Of a stretch of DNA of 64,000 bases, positions 9,615 through 19,001 are shown in pieces. The stretch comes from Nitrosopumilaceae archaeon (GTDB lineage Archaea > Thermoproteota > Nitrososphaeria > Nitrososphaerales > Nitrosopumilaceae). Location of the stretch: contig OZ242365.1 of NCBI GenBank assembly GCA_965208905.1, positions 1,664,001-1,728,000 on the forward strand, read 5' to 3'. How positions within the stretch are numbered: position 1 is the stretch's first letter; every line of letters starts with the position of its first letter. The notes below the pieces were generated by a model. It had not been told where the DNA came from. It worked only from the letters and a program-made list of their open reading frames with translations, and ran no database searches. Both the position numbers and the translations under genes were made by a program.

Positions 9615-10358
9615 CTAGACGGGCTGCAATACACTAGACTGTAAAATTTTATCCGCAAACCCGCAAGCGCGTTCAGCCATACTTCTTGTCTCAGAAATGT
9701 TGATGTTGTGCCATCCCTCCCATGTACGGTCTTTGTCATACGCAGACAGAATGTCACCGGCCAGTTGCACATCAAGTGGTGGTCTCATATTAGATGGAAG
9801 CATATCGCATAATACACGTATATCACGCGTGAACGAAAAGTCTATCCTACATCTCATAAGAAGTGAACGTAACGCGTAACCTACGCCAATATACAAGCAG
9901 AGACACTCCTCACCACGCGTACTCGCCCAGTCGCCAAATATGTTTCCCCTCGCTTTTTGTAGCCACTGTTCGGCACTAAACTCATAGTCAATGTATGGTG
10001 TGATATCAACATGGAAGTCAGGTGACCTGAATAAAGTTCTGGCGCCCTCTTCGCGCAATACATGATATTCAACAGAGCCGTACAGGTTGGCGGTTCTAGA
10101 TATTGTGTTGACACCGTGTGGTATTATCGAAGATTTGTCAACCCCACCGGATACCTCTATTACGTCCCGTATTGTTTTAGGACATATCACCTTTGAAGAA
10201 CGTACAACGTATAAAACATCCAAGTCGCTGTCCGGTTTCGTATTACCCCTTACTTGACTACCAAATATTGATAAGAATAATAGATCATCACCGAATGGTA
10301 TTGCATCTTGTAGTGCTTTGATAGATACCGCGCCGCGTCTGTTCAATTCAATCATCAC
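9615..10358 (-). CDS. Minimal nucleotidyltransferase (MNT) fused to a HEPN-like domain
   Basis: IFGSQVRGNTKPDSDLD MNT motif; C-terminal WLQKA...FTRDIRVL resembles a degenerate HEPN. Confidence 0.8.
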   Translation of the reverse strand: MMIELNRRGAVSIKALQDAIPFGDDLLFLSIFGSQVRGNTKPDSDLDVLYVVRSSKVICPKTIRDVIEVSGGVDKSSIIPHGVNTISRTANLYGSVEYHVLREEGARTLFRSPDFHVDITPYIDYEFSAEQWLQKARGNIFGDWASTRGEECLCLYIGVGYALRSLLMRCRIDFSFTRDIRVLCDMLPSNMRPPLDVQLAGDILSAYDKDRTWEGWHNINISETRSMAERACGFADKILQSSVLQPV

Positions 10359-10527
10359 AACCCAGATCGAATTTACGCTGCTCCAAAATATCTCGTGCTT
10401 TTTTTAAGTCACTACCGTAGTCTATACCGTATTTCCCGGCTTCCGCGACGGCATCCAATGCTTTTTCTATACTATCACAATCATGCGCATCTTTGGTGAA
10501 AGTCTCTATCGCGTCAAATTCAACCAT
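10348..10527 (-). CDS. 59-aa acidic protein upstream of MNT-HEPN (not in the ORF track)
   Basis: MVEFDAIETFTKDAHDCDSIEKALD...EQRKFDLGCDD; TATA 29 nt upstream; paralog at 62667-62840. Confidence 0.75.
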   Translation of the reverse strand: MVEFDAIETFTKDAHDCDSIEKALDAVAEAGKYGIDYGSDLKKARDILEQRKFDLGCDD

Positions 10528-10794
10528 ACCTCTGTATGGGTTGGCAGACTATAAAAGGTAATTATTCGAGTAGTGCAGTGGAGCAAGCGCGCGCAGGGCG
10601 TTTATTCACTATACAATAACCGGAATGGTCTTGAGATACCTGGCACCTGCACCCCCTCCAAGTTATAGGCTGTTCAAAGGACGGGCGTCAAAGCCTGACC
10701 AACGAGGGACATCTAGATCTGAATGGTGGTTCGCTGCCAACATCTGCCGTACGGCAGACTGTCAATTGATAGACTCCGATAATTACACAGATCC

Positions 10795-11541
10795 TTAGTA
10801 TGTAGGCGCATGTTTGCATGTTGGCCAATGATATGATGCGGCACCCGGCGCCATGTCTATCAGATACCATGTGCCATTTCGGCCCAACGCCATATCGCAT
10901 GACCACCAACCATCCATTACGGCAGCTACCTTTAGCACCTCTGCGCGTATCATATCCATATTGCGCTCTATCTTGGCATCCTGGCGCTTCAGTGTGTTGA
11001 GCCAGTCATCAGGTACATGCATAAATCTGGCCGCGCGCACGGCCCACTCCTCTATGGCCTCGGGCGGCCAATACGGATGTATACACTCAACCTCGCCGTC
11101 CCGCAGGAATGTCCGCGCCTCGGTGGCTATTGGCATATTTCCGCCAAATGCCCGAAACGACCAGTCCAAGTCCAGAAACTCCCGTACGGCAAACCCGCTT
11201 GGCAGTGCTTCGCCGACCATGTCGGCCATGAAATTCTCCTCTACAACCGCCATAACATGCCTGTACATCACATCAGCGGACTCCACATAACATGTCCTAT
11301 CCCAGGAGTGTTTGCCAGACATCTGGTCGGTGCGCAGAAACACTGGATAACCTATATCATCGGCGGCTCTCAGAAGTGGCGTAATGTCCAACTCTTTCCC
11401 ATCGAGGGAGCGCATGAGAGCACGGCTTTCATACGGTACGTATACGGTCTTTGGTTGCGGTATGTCCAACACGCGGGTTTTATTCCACCAGTACGGCAGG
11501 GATGCTAATCCGCGTAGTGCTATTCTCTTCTCTAAATCCAT
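10795..11541 (-). CDS. ATP-grasp protein, R2K/Cdc123-like
   Basis: VFLRTDQMSGKH, AVREFL, EARTF, WSCD...WYLID pattern; family assignment from memory of motifs. Confidence 0.6.
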   Translation of the reverse strand: MDLEKRIALRGLASLPYWWNKTRVLDIPQPKTVYVPYESRALMRSLDGKELDITPLLRAADDIGYPVFLRTDQMSGKHSWDRTCYVESADVMYRHVMAVVEENFMADMVGEALPSGFAVREFLDLDWSFRAFGGNMPIATEARTFLRDGEVECIHPYWPPEAIEEWAVRAARFMHVPDDWLNTLKRQDAKIERNMDMIRAEVLKVAAVMDGWWSCDMALGRNGTWYLIDMAPGAASYHWPTCKHAPTY

Positions 11542-11599
11542 GCCATCATACAGCTCGGCGCCTTAAAAGGAGAGTTCAAAAACAGAAAAAAGGGAGATA

Positions 11600-13519
11600 T
11601 TACTGTGTACGCTCAGTCCAGATACATGCATTGGGCGATGTGGCCAGATATTCGATGCTGACAACGCCAGCATTGGTTATTTCAGTCTGTGAGGCGAGGA
11701 AGTTTTCATAACCAACTATGAAGTCGGATGTGGTCATCAGGTTGCCCGTCTTTGCCGGTGCGCCAAACTCTGTTGTTATTATCGTGCCTTCGGAGTTGTC
11801 ATGTATGCTGATCTTGTCGAAGGTGCTGATGAACGTATTGGATGTTGCGGCCTCAAACTTTGTTATCGTCACAGCCTCACTACACGTCACATCTATCGGT
11901 CGTACATCATACCCAACACTCCTTGCATCTACAGTTATGCCCAGCAACTCTGTCTGCAACCGAACATCACCACTTGGATGTGATCCACTCATGGTGAATG
12001 TACAGTCGTTATTTGTTGTGTCTGTAAGTATGGTAAAGTCCACGTCGAATACCTTCGCGGCCTTTTCTGCCGCAGTCGGCATCGACCGATCAGCAAGTGT
12101 TAATGTGTTGTTCCAGTCTGCAAGTTCCACACTGATGTTATAGTCTGCATTGTTTCCACTCAGTTTTACCAGTTCCGAGCCCGGTACAGGCTTGTCAAAT
12201 ACATGATATACTGGGGCGTTTGTAGGCTGGAACTTTTGGTTAACCATCTCTACGTTTATGGGTGATGTCAGGGCAATCAGTGTATCATGGTCCCTCTCAT
12301 CGTTTGCATAATCTGGACTGGTGTTTACATTGTAGATGCCGTTGTCCGCCTCGTTGAGTACTATATCAAGTTCGGTTGGCGTATGCTCAAACAAACATGA
12401 TATTGTAGCTGTTGCGTATGCATCATCGTTTGCGTCCATCGGCCATGCTAGTATATCACCTACAGTAACGGGGAAGCTAAACTCCCTATATCCCAAGGTG
12501 CCCTGTATGGGTGTTGGTTCCTCTGGTGTGGTGGGCGTGGTTGGTGTGGTAGGCGTAGTGGGTGTTGGTGTGGTAGGCGTGGTTGCTGGCGGTACTTGTA
12601 ATAGTTTGGCAGCTTCTGCTATACGACACTGATCATCATGCCATACGGCCTCACTGATGCCAACAAACACCCGTATATTGCAGTCTTCGGCATCAAAGGT
12701 GCCATGCCCTGCATTTATCATGGTCTGCGCAACATCATACGTATTGCATTGTACGAGCGCCTTTGGGGGCGAGGCCTTTGGCCGTGTGTCGGGTATGACG
12801 GTTATTGGCGCATCACCGCATATGTCAAGCAGATAACTGATTGCAGCCCGGCCGCCAGGCTCAGAAAGACCCGGCACGTCCACGAACGCAAGATCATATG
12901 TGTCTAATACACCATCACCGTCTGTGTCTATCTGTATGGTATCACCATCTATTATGTGCCTGTCAGTTACTACTGGTGCGCCTGGTTGTGTTTGTGTAGG
13001 TCCGGGTTTTGGTGTATGACCCGTGTCGGCCACACATACACCACCCTCAAAGATGGTGCCCTCACCGCAGTATGATATCGATATGTCTGCTATACATGTG
13101 TCCAGGTGCTGGATAGTACCCTCACCACATGAAATCTTCGCCTCGCATATGCCTGCCATATTTACCTCGGCATCACATCCGACTATCTCGGCCACGCATA
13201 TACCACCAATGGGGTATGTGCCCTCGCCGCAGACCTGTCCAAGCAATGCTGACTCAATGTTCTTCAAAGCTTGCGCATTCTCCTGTAGTGTTACCTTGTT
13301 CTCGTCCACTGATGCAACTATGCCGCTCATCCCGTCTAACGCGACGCGTACCTCGTCTATCAGATCATTCAGTGTCGGTACTATCTGGCTTATTGTGCTT
13401 GATATCCGCAACGTCGAATCATAGATGTCGCTAATCAATTCGGTGTTTGACTGTGCATAGGCCGGAGCCACTGATATGACCAGTAAGGCCAACAGTGCTC
13501 CGGATATTATTTTTCTCAT
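11600..13519 (-). CDS. Secreted protein with coiled coil, Cys repeats, thermonuclease-like domain and Pro/Thr linker
   Basis: Signal peptide ending AYA; CGEGT repeats; IIDGDTI...LAFVDVP SNase-like; (PTT)n linker. Confidence 0.75.
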   Translation of the reverse strand: MRKIISGALLALLVISVAPAYAQSNTELISDIYDSTLRISSTISQIVPTLNDLIDEVRVALDGMSGIVASVDENKVTLQENAQALKNIESALLGQVCGEGTYPIGGICVAEIVGCDAEVNMAGICEAKISCGEGTIQHLDTCIADISISYCGEGTIFEGGVCVADTGHTPKPGPTQTQPGAPVVTDRHIIDGDTIQIDTDGDGVLDTYDLAFVDVPGLSEPGGRAAISYLLDICGDAPITVIPDTRPKASPPKALVQCNTYDVAQTMINAGHGTFDAEDCNIRVFVGISEAVWHDDQCRIAEAAKLLQVPPATTPTTPTPTTPTTPTTPTTPEEPTPIQGTLGYREFSFPVTVGDILAWPMDANDDAYATATISCLFEHTPTELDIVLNEADNGIYNVNTSPDYANDERDHDTLIALTSPINVEMVNQKFQPTNAPVYHVFDKPVPGSELVKLSGNNADYNISVELADWNNTLTLADRSMPTAAEKAAKVFDVDFTILTDTTNNDCTFTMSGSHPSGDVRLQTELLGITVDARSVGYDVRPIDVTCSEAVTITKFEAATSNTFISTFDKISIHDNSEGTIITTEFGAPAKTGNLMTTSDFIVGYENFLASQTEITNAGVVSIEYLATSPNACIWTERTQ

Positions 13520-13541
13520 TGGTACGTGGTGTCTGCATCTA

Positions 13542-13556
13542 CGTTTTTGGGTTACA
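13542..13556 (-). promoter_or_regulatory. Class II promoter motif TGTAACCCAAAAACG
   Basis: One of six copies; 29 nt to ATG 13519. Confidence 0.75.
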
Positions 13557-13649
13557 CAGTATTAACGAGGTTTATCGTTAATTCTCTCGTCTTTATGGGA
13601 GGGCACGGGCCAATTCACCCCTTTTATATCATCAATACTGCACATTGGC

Positions 13650-13823
13650 GTGTTCATAAACTCCATACCATTCATGATGTTTGTGTTTGTCGAGACCGCA
13701 CTACTCGTGATGGTCTTGGTGTGGCCCGACCATACGATATTGTTGTCGGCGATTGCCCTGGGGCTGCTGGTGTGTTTCCTTGTAGGAGTGATACGACACA
13801 TGGGGGGTATGCATAATGGGTGA
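13650..13823 (+). CDS. 57-aa two-TM membrane protein (not in the ORF track)
   Basis: GTG exactly 28 nt after CCCC-TTTTATAT; MFINSIPFMMFVFVETALLVMVLVW...LLSAIALGLLVCFLVGVIRH. Confidence 0.65.
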   Translation: MFINSIPFMMFVFVETALLVMVLVWPDHTILLSAIALGLLVCFLVGVIRHMGGMHNG

Positions 13824-13955
13824 AAAAATGCAGACCGTGCGGATGCGGTCATGAGGAATTTGAGATATTGTTGCAGTCGGTTCCTCCCGCAAGGACGGGT
13901 GCCATATGTCACACCTCAACTATCTTTTTAAACATGTGGACCGTACTATACATTA

Positions 13956-15350
13956 ATGGCGCTGCGCACATACACATTCGGCGTTAGATTCCGTAAGGGG
14001 TTTAAGAAAGAGATGTTGGCCAGACAGGCCGGCATGGACAGGTACGTGTATAACAAACTATTGGAAACCTTCAAGGAAGAATATCATAAAACAGGTAGAG
14101 TAAATGCGACGCGTGGTAGGATAAATTCCTGGTATACGGACTTGCGCAATAATTCGGGTCCGCGTTGGATGCGTCAATCCATATCCGGGGTGACGCGCCA
14201 AATGTTACATGACTTGGGCAGGCATTATGACCAATATGTGGAAACGGAGAAGCTGAAGGCTGCTGCCATCAAACCTAAGGTGGAGTTTGGTGAGCCGCAC
14301 TTTAAGAAATATGGAGGTCACATCTCCATCCCGTTGACGATAACGCATGATGGCACCGTCGGCCAAGCGCGGTTCACCGATACACGTACAATCAAGATAG
14401 CCAAGATGGGGGAGATTAAACTGTCGCGGGAGTTTCCCGTCTTGAATTACCGATACAAGACCGCACAACTGTTTCAACTACCGGATGGCGGGTGGAGGAT
14501 TACCATATCTTGTGATGTACCAGACAAGAAGCCAATCGTGACGGAGCAAACTATTATTGGTATAGACCGGAATGTCGGTAACGTATCCACACCCGACTGT
14601 GTAATAATGGTGCCCGAAAAGGTGGCACGCCGCATGAACAACGCCGAAAAAACAGCCTCTAAGGCGCAAAAGATAGCCTCGCGCAGGCAGAAACCCAATT
14701 ATACGAATCGCAAGCCCGGCTCTCGACGGTGGGCCAAAGCCAGCAAACGTGCCGCCAAGAACAAACGCAAAGCTGCAAACATTCGAAAGACCACCGCGCA
14801 TAAAATATCACGCGTTATATCGGACAGCACCACACATGCAGCCATGGAGAAACTTCCCATACAAAACATGGTACAGTCCGCCAAAGGTACGGAAGAAAAA
14901 CCCGGCAAAAACGTTGCGCAGAAATCTGGTCTCAATAAGGCCATCCTGGAGCAGTGTTGGGGGCTGTTGGCATCGCTGTTGGAGTACAAGTTGGCTGGAG
15001 AGATAATTTGGGTTGCGGCGGCGTATACAAGCCAACGATGCTGCTCGTGCGGTTATACAGATAAGGATAACCGGGATGGTAGAAAGTTCTTGTGCAGGAA
15101 GTGTGGCTACACGTATCATGCCGACTGTAATGCGGGCTCAAACATAGAGGATGTGGGGCTGAAGAAACTCGGTCAGGGGGCCATGCATGGCCAACTAAAC
15201 TTACGAAACTTGCCGGACAATACCGGCAGCACCCATGTTAAGGGGTGTCTGGACGTGGAGGGTTCTTGCGTTAGCTCCCCTGAGAAACGTCAAGCACAGG
15301 CCGGGGAACGAGATGTATCATGCACCGTCGTCCTCTGGTATGATGTGTGA
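13956..15350 (+). CDS. tnpB: TnpB RNA-guided nuclease (IS200/IS605/IS607 type, no tnpA adjacent)
   Basis: RuvC GID, ME, AD residues intact; TSQRCCSC...CRKC Zn finger. Confidence 0.93.
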   Translation: MALRTYTFGVRFRKGFKKEMLARQAGMDRYVYNKLLETFKEEYHKTGRVNATRGRINSWYTDLRNNSGPRWMRQSISGVTRQMLHDLGRHYDQYVETEKLKAAAIKPKVEFGEPHFKKYGGHISIPLTITHDGTVGQARFTDTRTIKIAKMGEIKLSREFPVLNYRYKTAQLFQLPDGGWRITISCDVPDKKPIVTEQTIIGIDRNVGNVSTPDCVIMVPEKVARRMNNAEKTASKAQKIASRRQKPNYTNRKPGSRRWAKASKRAAKNKRKAANIRKTTAHKISRVISDSTTHAAMEKLPIQNMVQSAKGTEEKPGKNVAQKSGLNKAILEQCWGLLASLLEYKLAGEIIWVAAAYTSQRCCSCGYTDKDNRDGRKFLCRKCGYTYHADCNAGSNIEDVGLKKLGQGAMHGQLNLRNLPDNTGSTHVKGCLDVEGSCVSSPEKRQAQAGERDVSCTVVLWYDV

Positions 15351-15451
15351 TGTATTGTAGGTGCGGGAACTCCCGTGCTTGCAGTAGGAACCTTGCAGTC
15401 TTGGGACTTTGAGCTGGCCGATACGAGCTGGCTTCTGGCATATATCGAAGA

Positions 15452-17347
15452 TTAAAGCAGTGCCTCGATTAGGATTGGTATCGTCATTATGGCCAGTATG
15501 TTGACCACTGCGACGATTACAACCGGCATGGTATCTACGGATGTAAATCGTGTAATCTTGGCTGCAACCAGCCCCATGGGGCATGTCAGCAGGGCCGCAA
15601 TCAATCCCAACCGTTCCCTGTATGCTGCATCGGGGTCAGGCGGCCCGAATCCCTCCATCATGCCCGGCGGGAGTACGGTGCTTAGCGTGTTTGTGGCTGT
15701 TCCGGAGTCCGCAAAGATGGCAAACATCGCATTCATTATGCCGACCAGCATCAGGGGCGAGGCATATATCATCATGGCCCCCATGCGCAGAGACTTGGTG
15801 ACGTCCATCTTTGTAATCAGTATGCTGGACATAAAGTGTGTCATCTGTCGGAGTATTGATGGTGTGTTTGCCGTGCCGCCTATCTCCTGCAGCCTGATTA
15901 TTATAAGCAGCACAAACGAGAGATACCTGCTGTGTTTGCGCGCCTCCATACATGCATCCTGCATCGTACTTCCCATCTCCAGTTTGGAGACAATGCCGTT
16001 CAGCAGCCGGCCGAACAGGCCGGTGTATAGTCTGCTGCGCGTCTGCTGGCGCAGTATTGTCGATATGTCCGAGCCTGCCAGTGTCTGCTCGTATACATCC
16101 TCCAGAAATTCCGGCAGTCCGCGGTCCACATTTGAGGCGCCGCCTATCTGCCGCCTGACCATCACATAGTTGGATATGGCGCCTGCCAGAAACCCTATGG
16201 ATATTGTTATGCCGGGTTCGGTATCCCATATGCCGCCACCCGGGATAATGTACGTAACCCAGAGTATGTGTACTGTGACGACGGCGGCCGCCCCTACACC
16301 AATACCGGGCAGCCACGGCTTTAGCTTGACGCCCGTGGACGGTTGGCTTGACTGCACCATGAACAGCATCATGACGCACAGTACGGGGCCCAATATGGGA
16401 CCCATAGTTAGTGTCATGTTGGTGGTGGCCGGCGTGCTGATGAATATCATCATGACCATCATGATTGGTATCATTACCGCGCATATTACCGCCATTGTAC
16501 ACAGCATGAGGGCGGCTTCCTTGTATCTTATCCAGGTCTGCTGATAGAGTTCAAAGAACTGCTCGGCCTTGGTCTCTGTATACGAGGGCACCGGCCCGAC
16601 GGTCTCATGCTTGGATATGTAGCCGTGCAGAAAGTCCTTGAACTGTTGTACGGGATGATTCTTGGCATACTCGCGCAGGGCGTCCATATGGGGTATGCCC
16701 AGTACTACCTTCTGCGTTACTATGGCCGCATCCTGCGCCAACTGTGCAAATACGTCTGGCGCATCGCGCACACTCTCAAGTGCCGTGTACAGCGTGTAGC
16801 CTACCCCCTGCATCGTAGTAAGGTACGCCAGGAAGAAGGACATCTCCTCTTCTATCTGTATCTTGCGCTGCTTGACGCGCGAACTCAACTGCATCAGCGG
16901 GTATATCATAACAATGGGACATAATGCCAGCATGAACAGCCGTACATCGGCTATGGGCGCCGCTACAAGCGGGGATAGCGTAAGCGCCAAGTGTACGGCC
17001 TTGCGCGCATGCGTATCATAGTCGTACGGTATTCCTCCCCCATACACGCGCAGATATGCGGCATATCGCTCCCGTACTCTGCGTATTGCGCGTATGTATT
17101 TTTCGACCCACATCCAGAATGCGGTAAAGTAGTCCTGACTTAGGTCTGCGACCACAAACCTGCCCTTTCGGCGCCCGCCCATATGGGGTCTTGGTATTAC
17201 ATTATGTAACATCACACCGGCCGCGGCGGCCCACAGGACAAATATCATAGTCATCCATTGGTATGAGCCATCACCAAGTATGGCTCCCGCCCAGCCCAAC
17301 GCGGCAAACGCCAGACATGCTGTCAGTCGTACCGGTATGCGAATCAA
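15452..17347 (-). CDS. Type II secretion F / TadBC / ArlJ-like pilus platform membrane protein
   Basis: Two T2SSF-like domains (EEEMSFFLAYL...; LPEFLEDVYE...) each followed by TM helices. Confidence 0.8.
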   Translation of the reverse strand: MIRIPVRLTACLAFAALGWAGAILGDGSYQWMTMIFVLWAAAAGVMLHNVIPRPHMGGRRKGRFVVADLSQDYFTAFWMWVEKYIRAIRRVRERYAAYLRVYGGGIPYDYDTHARKAVHLALTLSPLVAAPIADVRLFMLALCPIVMIYPLMQLSSRVKQRKIQIEEEMSFFLAYLTTMQGVGYTLYTALESVRDAPDVFAQLAQDAAIVTQKVVLGIPHMDALREYAKNHPVQQFKDFLHGYISKHETVGPVPSYTETKAEQFFELYQQTWIRYKEAALMLCTMAVICAVMIPIMMVMMIFISTPATTNMTLTMGPILGPVLCVMMLFMVQSSQPSTGVKLKPWLPGIGVGAAAVVTVHILWVTYIIPGGGIWDTEPGITISIGFLAGAISNYVMVRRQIGGASNVDRGLPEFLEDVYEQTLAGSDISTILRQQTRSRLYTGLFGRLLNGIVSKLEMGSTMQDACMEARKHSRYLSFVLLIIIRLQEIGGTANTPSILRQMTHFMSSILITKMDVTKSLRMGAMMIYASPLMLVGIMNAMFAIFADSGTATNTLSTVLPPGMMEGFGPPDPDAAYRERLGLIAALLTCPMGLVAAKITRFTSVDTMPVVIVAVVNILAIMTIPILIEALL

Positions 17348-17348
17348 T

Positions 17349-19001
17349 CTACAGCACCAGTATCTCTACCAGCCACTCGCCCACACCTCCAAATATCTGG
17401 TGTAGTGCATCGCCTATCCATCTAAAGAAGTTGCTTATGCCGTCCACGGCATCGTCCCGCATGCCCTCCACGTCCTGCACAGCCTCCTGTACATCAGGCG
17501 TACACCACCCATTCTCCCGCTTCCAGCCCTCGGGGCAGGGGCATGACTGGTCCGTGACGTGATCACAGTAATCTACGGGCACGGCCATGGTACCGGTATC
17601 GGGTATGGCGGGTACGTCCTGTATCGGTGGGACTTCGATAACTATGGTCGGACTCTCTACGGGTTCTGGTTCCACTATTTCGGGTTCCGGTTCCGGTTCG
17701 GGTTCTTTTATTTCGGGTTCTGGTTCCTGTTCCGGTTCGCTGAATGCCTGATAACAGTATGGTTCAAGCCATTCTGAGCGCGCCTGTACGCACTGCGCAG
17801 TATCGGTTATGGCCAGGCCGCTCTCCAGCAGATATACGCCCAGATTTACGCCCTCGCACCAGACTGTACCTTCCGTATAGCTGCGCGATGCCAGCCCCAA
17901 ATCTCCCCGAAATATGGCATCATCCCCTACAGTACAGATGCTTCGTGTTGCTTCCACTGCTGCATCCAGTGGTATTATGCCGGCGGGCCGCGCCAAACCG
18001 CCATCTATTAGTATTCCATCAGAACCCTCGTAGCCGGTGATTTTGCCGGATCTCTCAACAGCACCAGGTGGCGGACGCACGGATATTGTACCCGTCGTAT
18101 GTTTGTCGTGTATAGACACGGACACTATGACCTCGCCTACGCGCCAGTTGGTAGTATCTGTGACGTATGTGCCGCGTCCGTCGGTAAGCGGTATAGCGCC
18201 TGCAGACAGTATTTCGCCCGACTGTATTACTACGACATGCGCAACCGCGTCCCGCCCGGTGTATTCAACCTCTATGCGGACGCCCTCACCGGCATACTCT
18301 GGCATGTGCAATATGATGTCCTCCCGTATGGTTTGCGCGGGTGCCACACCCGTTGTATGTATCGCATATGAGAGCCATGGGTGGTATGCACACGTATACT
18401 GTACTACACCAGCATACCCAAAAGGCATGCGTACCGACTCGCCGGGGTCTAAATTACCCGTGGTATATACTGCATGTACAACATCCGTAGTGAACTGGTG
18501 GCGCTCCGTATCAGTATTGGATATCAATATGATGTTGCCCGCCTCTATATTCTGCGCATCATTATGTATGCAGTTTATGCAGTCCGGCTCGTGCGCCCCG
18601 GACAGTATGGTTATCGTGCCGTTGGTGGGCGTATCCTGCACATCATATGTGACGCTCAGAATGCCATCTATCAGGTGACCCGTAGTCTCCGTCTCGGTCC
18701 ATACAGAGCCTACCTGCTGGGTTGTGCGCCCATACCATATACCGGTTACACTGTACGTGCCGGCCGGCGGCGGCTGTACTGACGTGTAAAACTCACCATC
18801 ACGCACGGGTATAACATATGATACATCATGTATTGTGATGTTTACATGGTCTGCAGCCGGCGCCGTACCGAATACCGTAACGAATGCATTTCCCGCGGGC
18901 GTGACGTGTACGGGTGAGTTTGTCTGTATGTAATAGTCTTCGGCATATACTGCCAACGGTATTACACAAACCAATATTGCTGCCAGATATTGCACAATCA
19001 C
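17349..19001 (-). CDS. Secreted multidomain protein with cupredoxin domain and PE-rich linker
   Basis: Signal peptide; NTDTERH...YTCAYHPW; VNLGVYLLESGLA SNase-like remnant; (PE)n. Confidence 0.75.
   Translation of the reverse strand: MIVQYLAAILVCVIPLAVYAEDYYIQTNSPVHVTPAGNAFVTVFGTAPAADHVNITIHDVSYVIPVRDGEFYTSVQPPPAGTYSVTGIWYGRTTQQVGSVWTETETTGHLIDGILSVTYDVQDTPTNGTITILSGAHEPDCINCIHNDAQNIEAGNIILISNTDTERHQFTTDVVHAVYTTGNLDPGESVRMPFGYAGVVQYTCAYHPWLSYAIHTTGVAPAQTIREDIILHMPEYAGEGVRIEVEYTGRDAVAHVVVIQSGEILSAGAIPLTDGRGTYVTDTTNWRVGEVIVSVSIHDKHTTGTISVRPPPGAVERSGKITGYEGSDGILIDGGLARPAGIIPLDAAVEATRSICTVGDDAIFRGDLGLASRSYTEGTVWCEGVNLGVYLLESGLAITDTAQCVQARSEWLEPYCYQAFSEPEQEPEPEIKEPEPEPEPEIVEPEPVESPTIVIEVPPIQDVPAIPDTGTMAVPVDYCDHVTDQSCPCPEGWKRENGWCTPDVQEAVQDVEGMRDDAVDGISNFFRWIGDALHQIFGGVGEWLVEILVL

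Noticed and set aside
13562-13919. Minus-strand ORFs of 116 and 72 aa
   Set aside because: The plus-strand 57-aa membrane ORF with a correctly spaced promoter explains the region better
15350-15452. Exact right end and guide of the first TnpB
   Set aside because: An omega-RNA is expected here, but its boundary could not be fixed by eye
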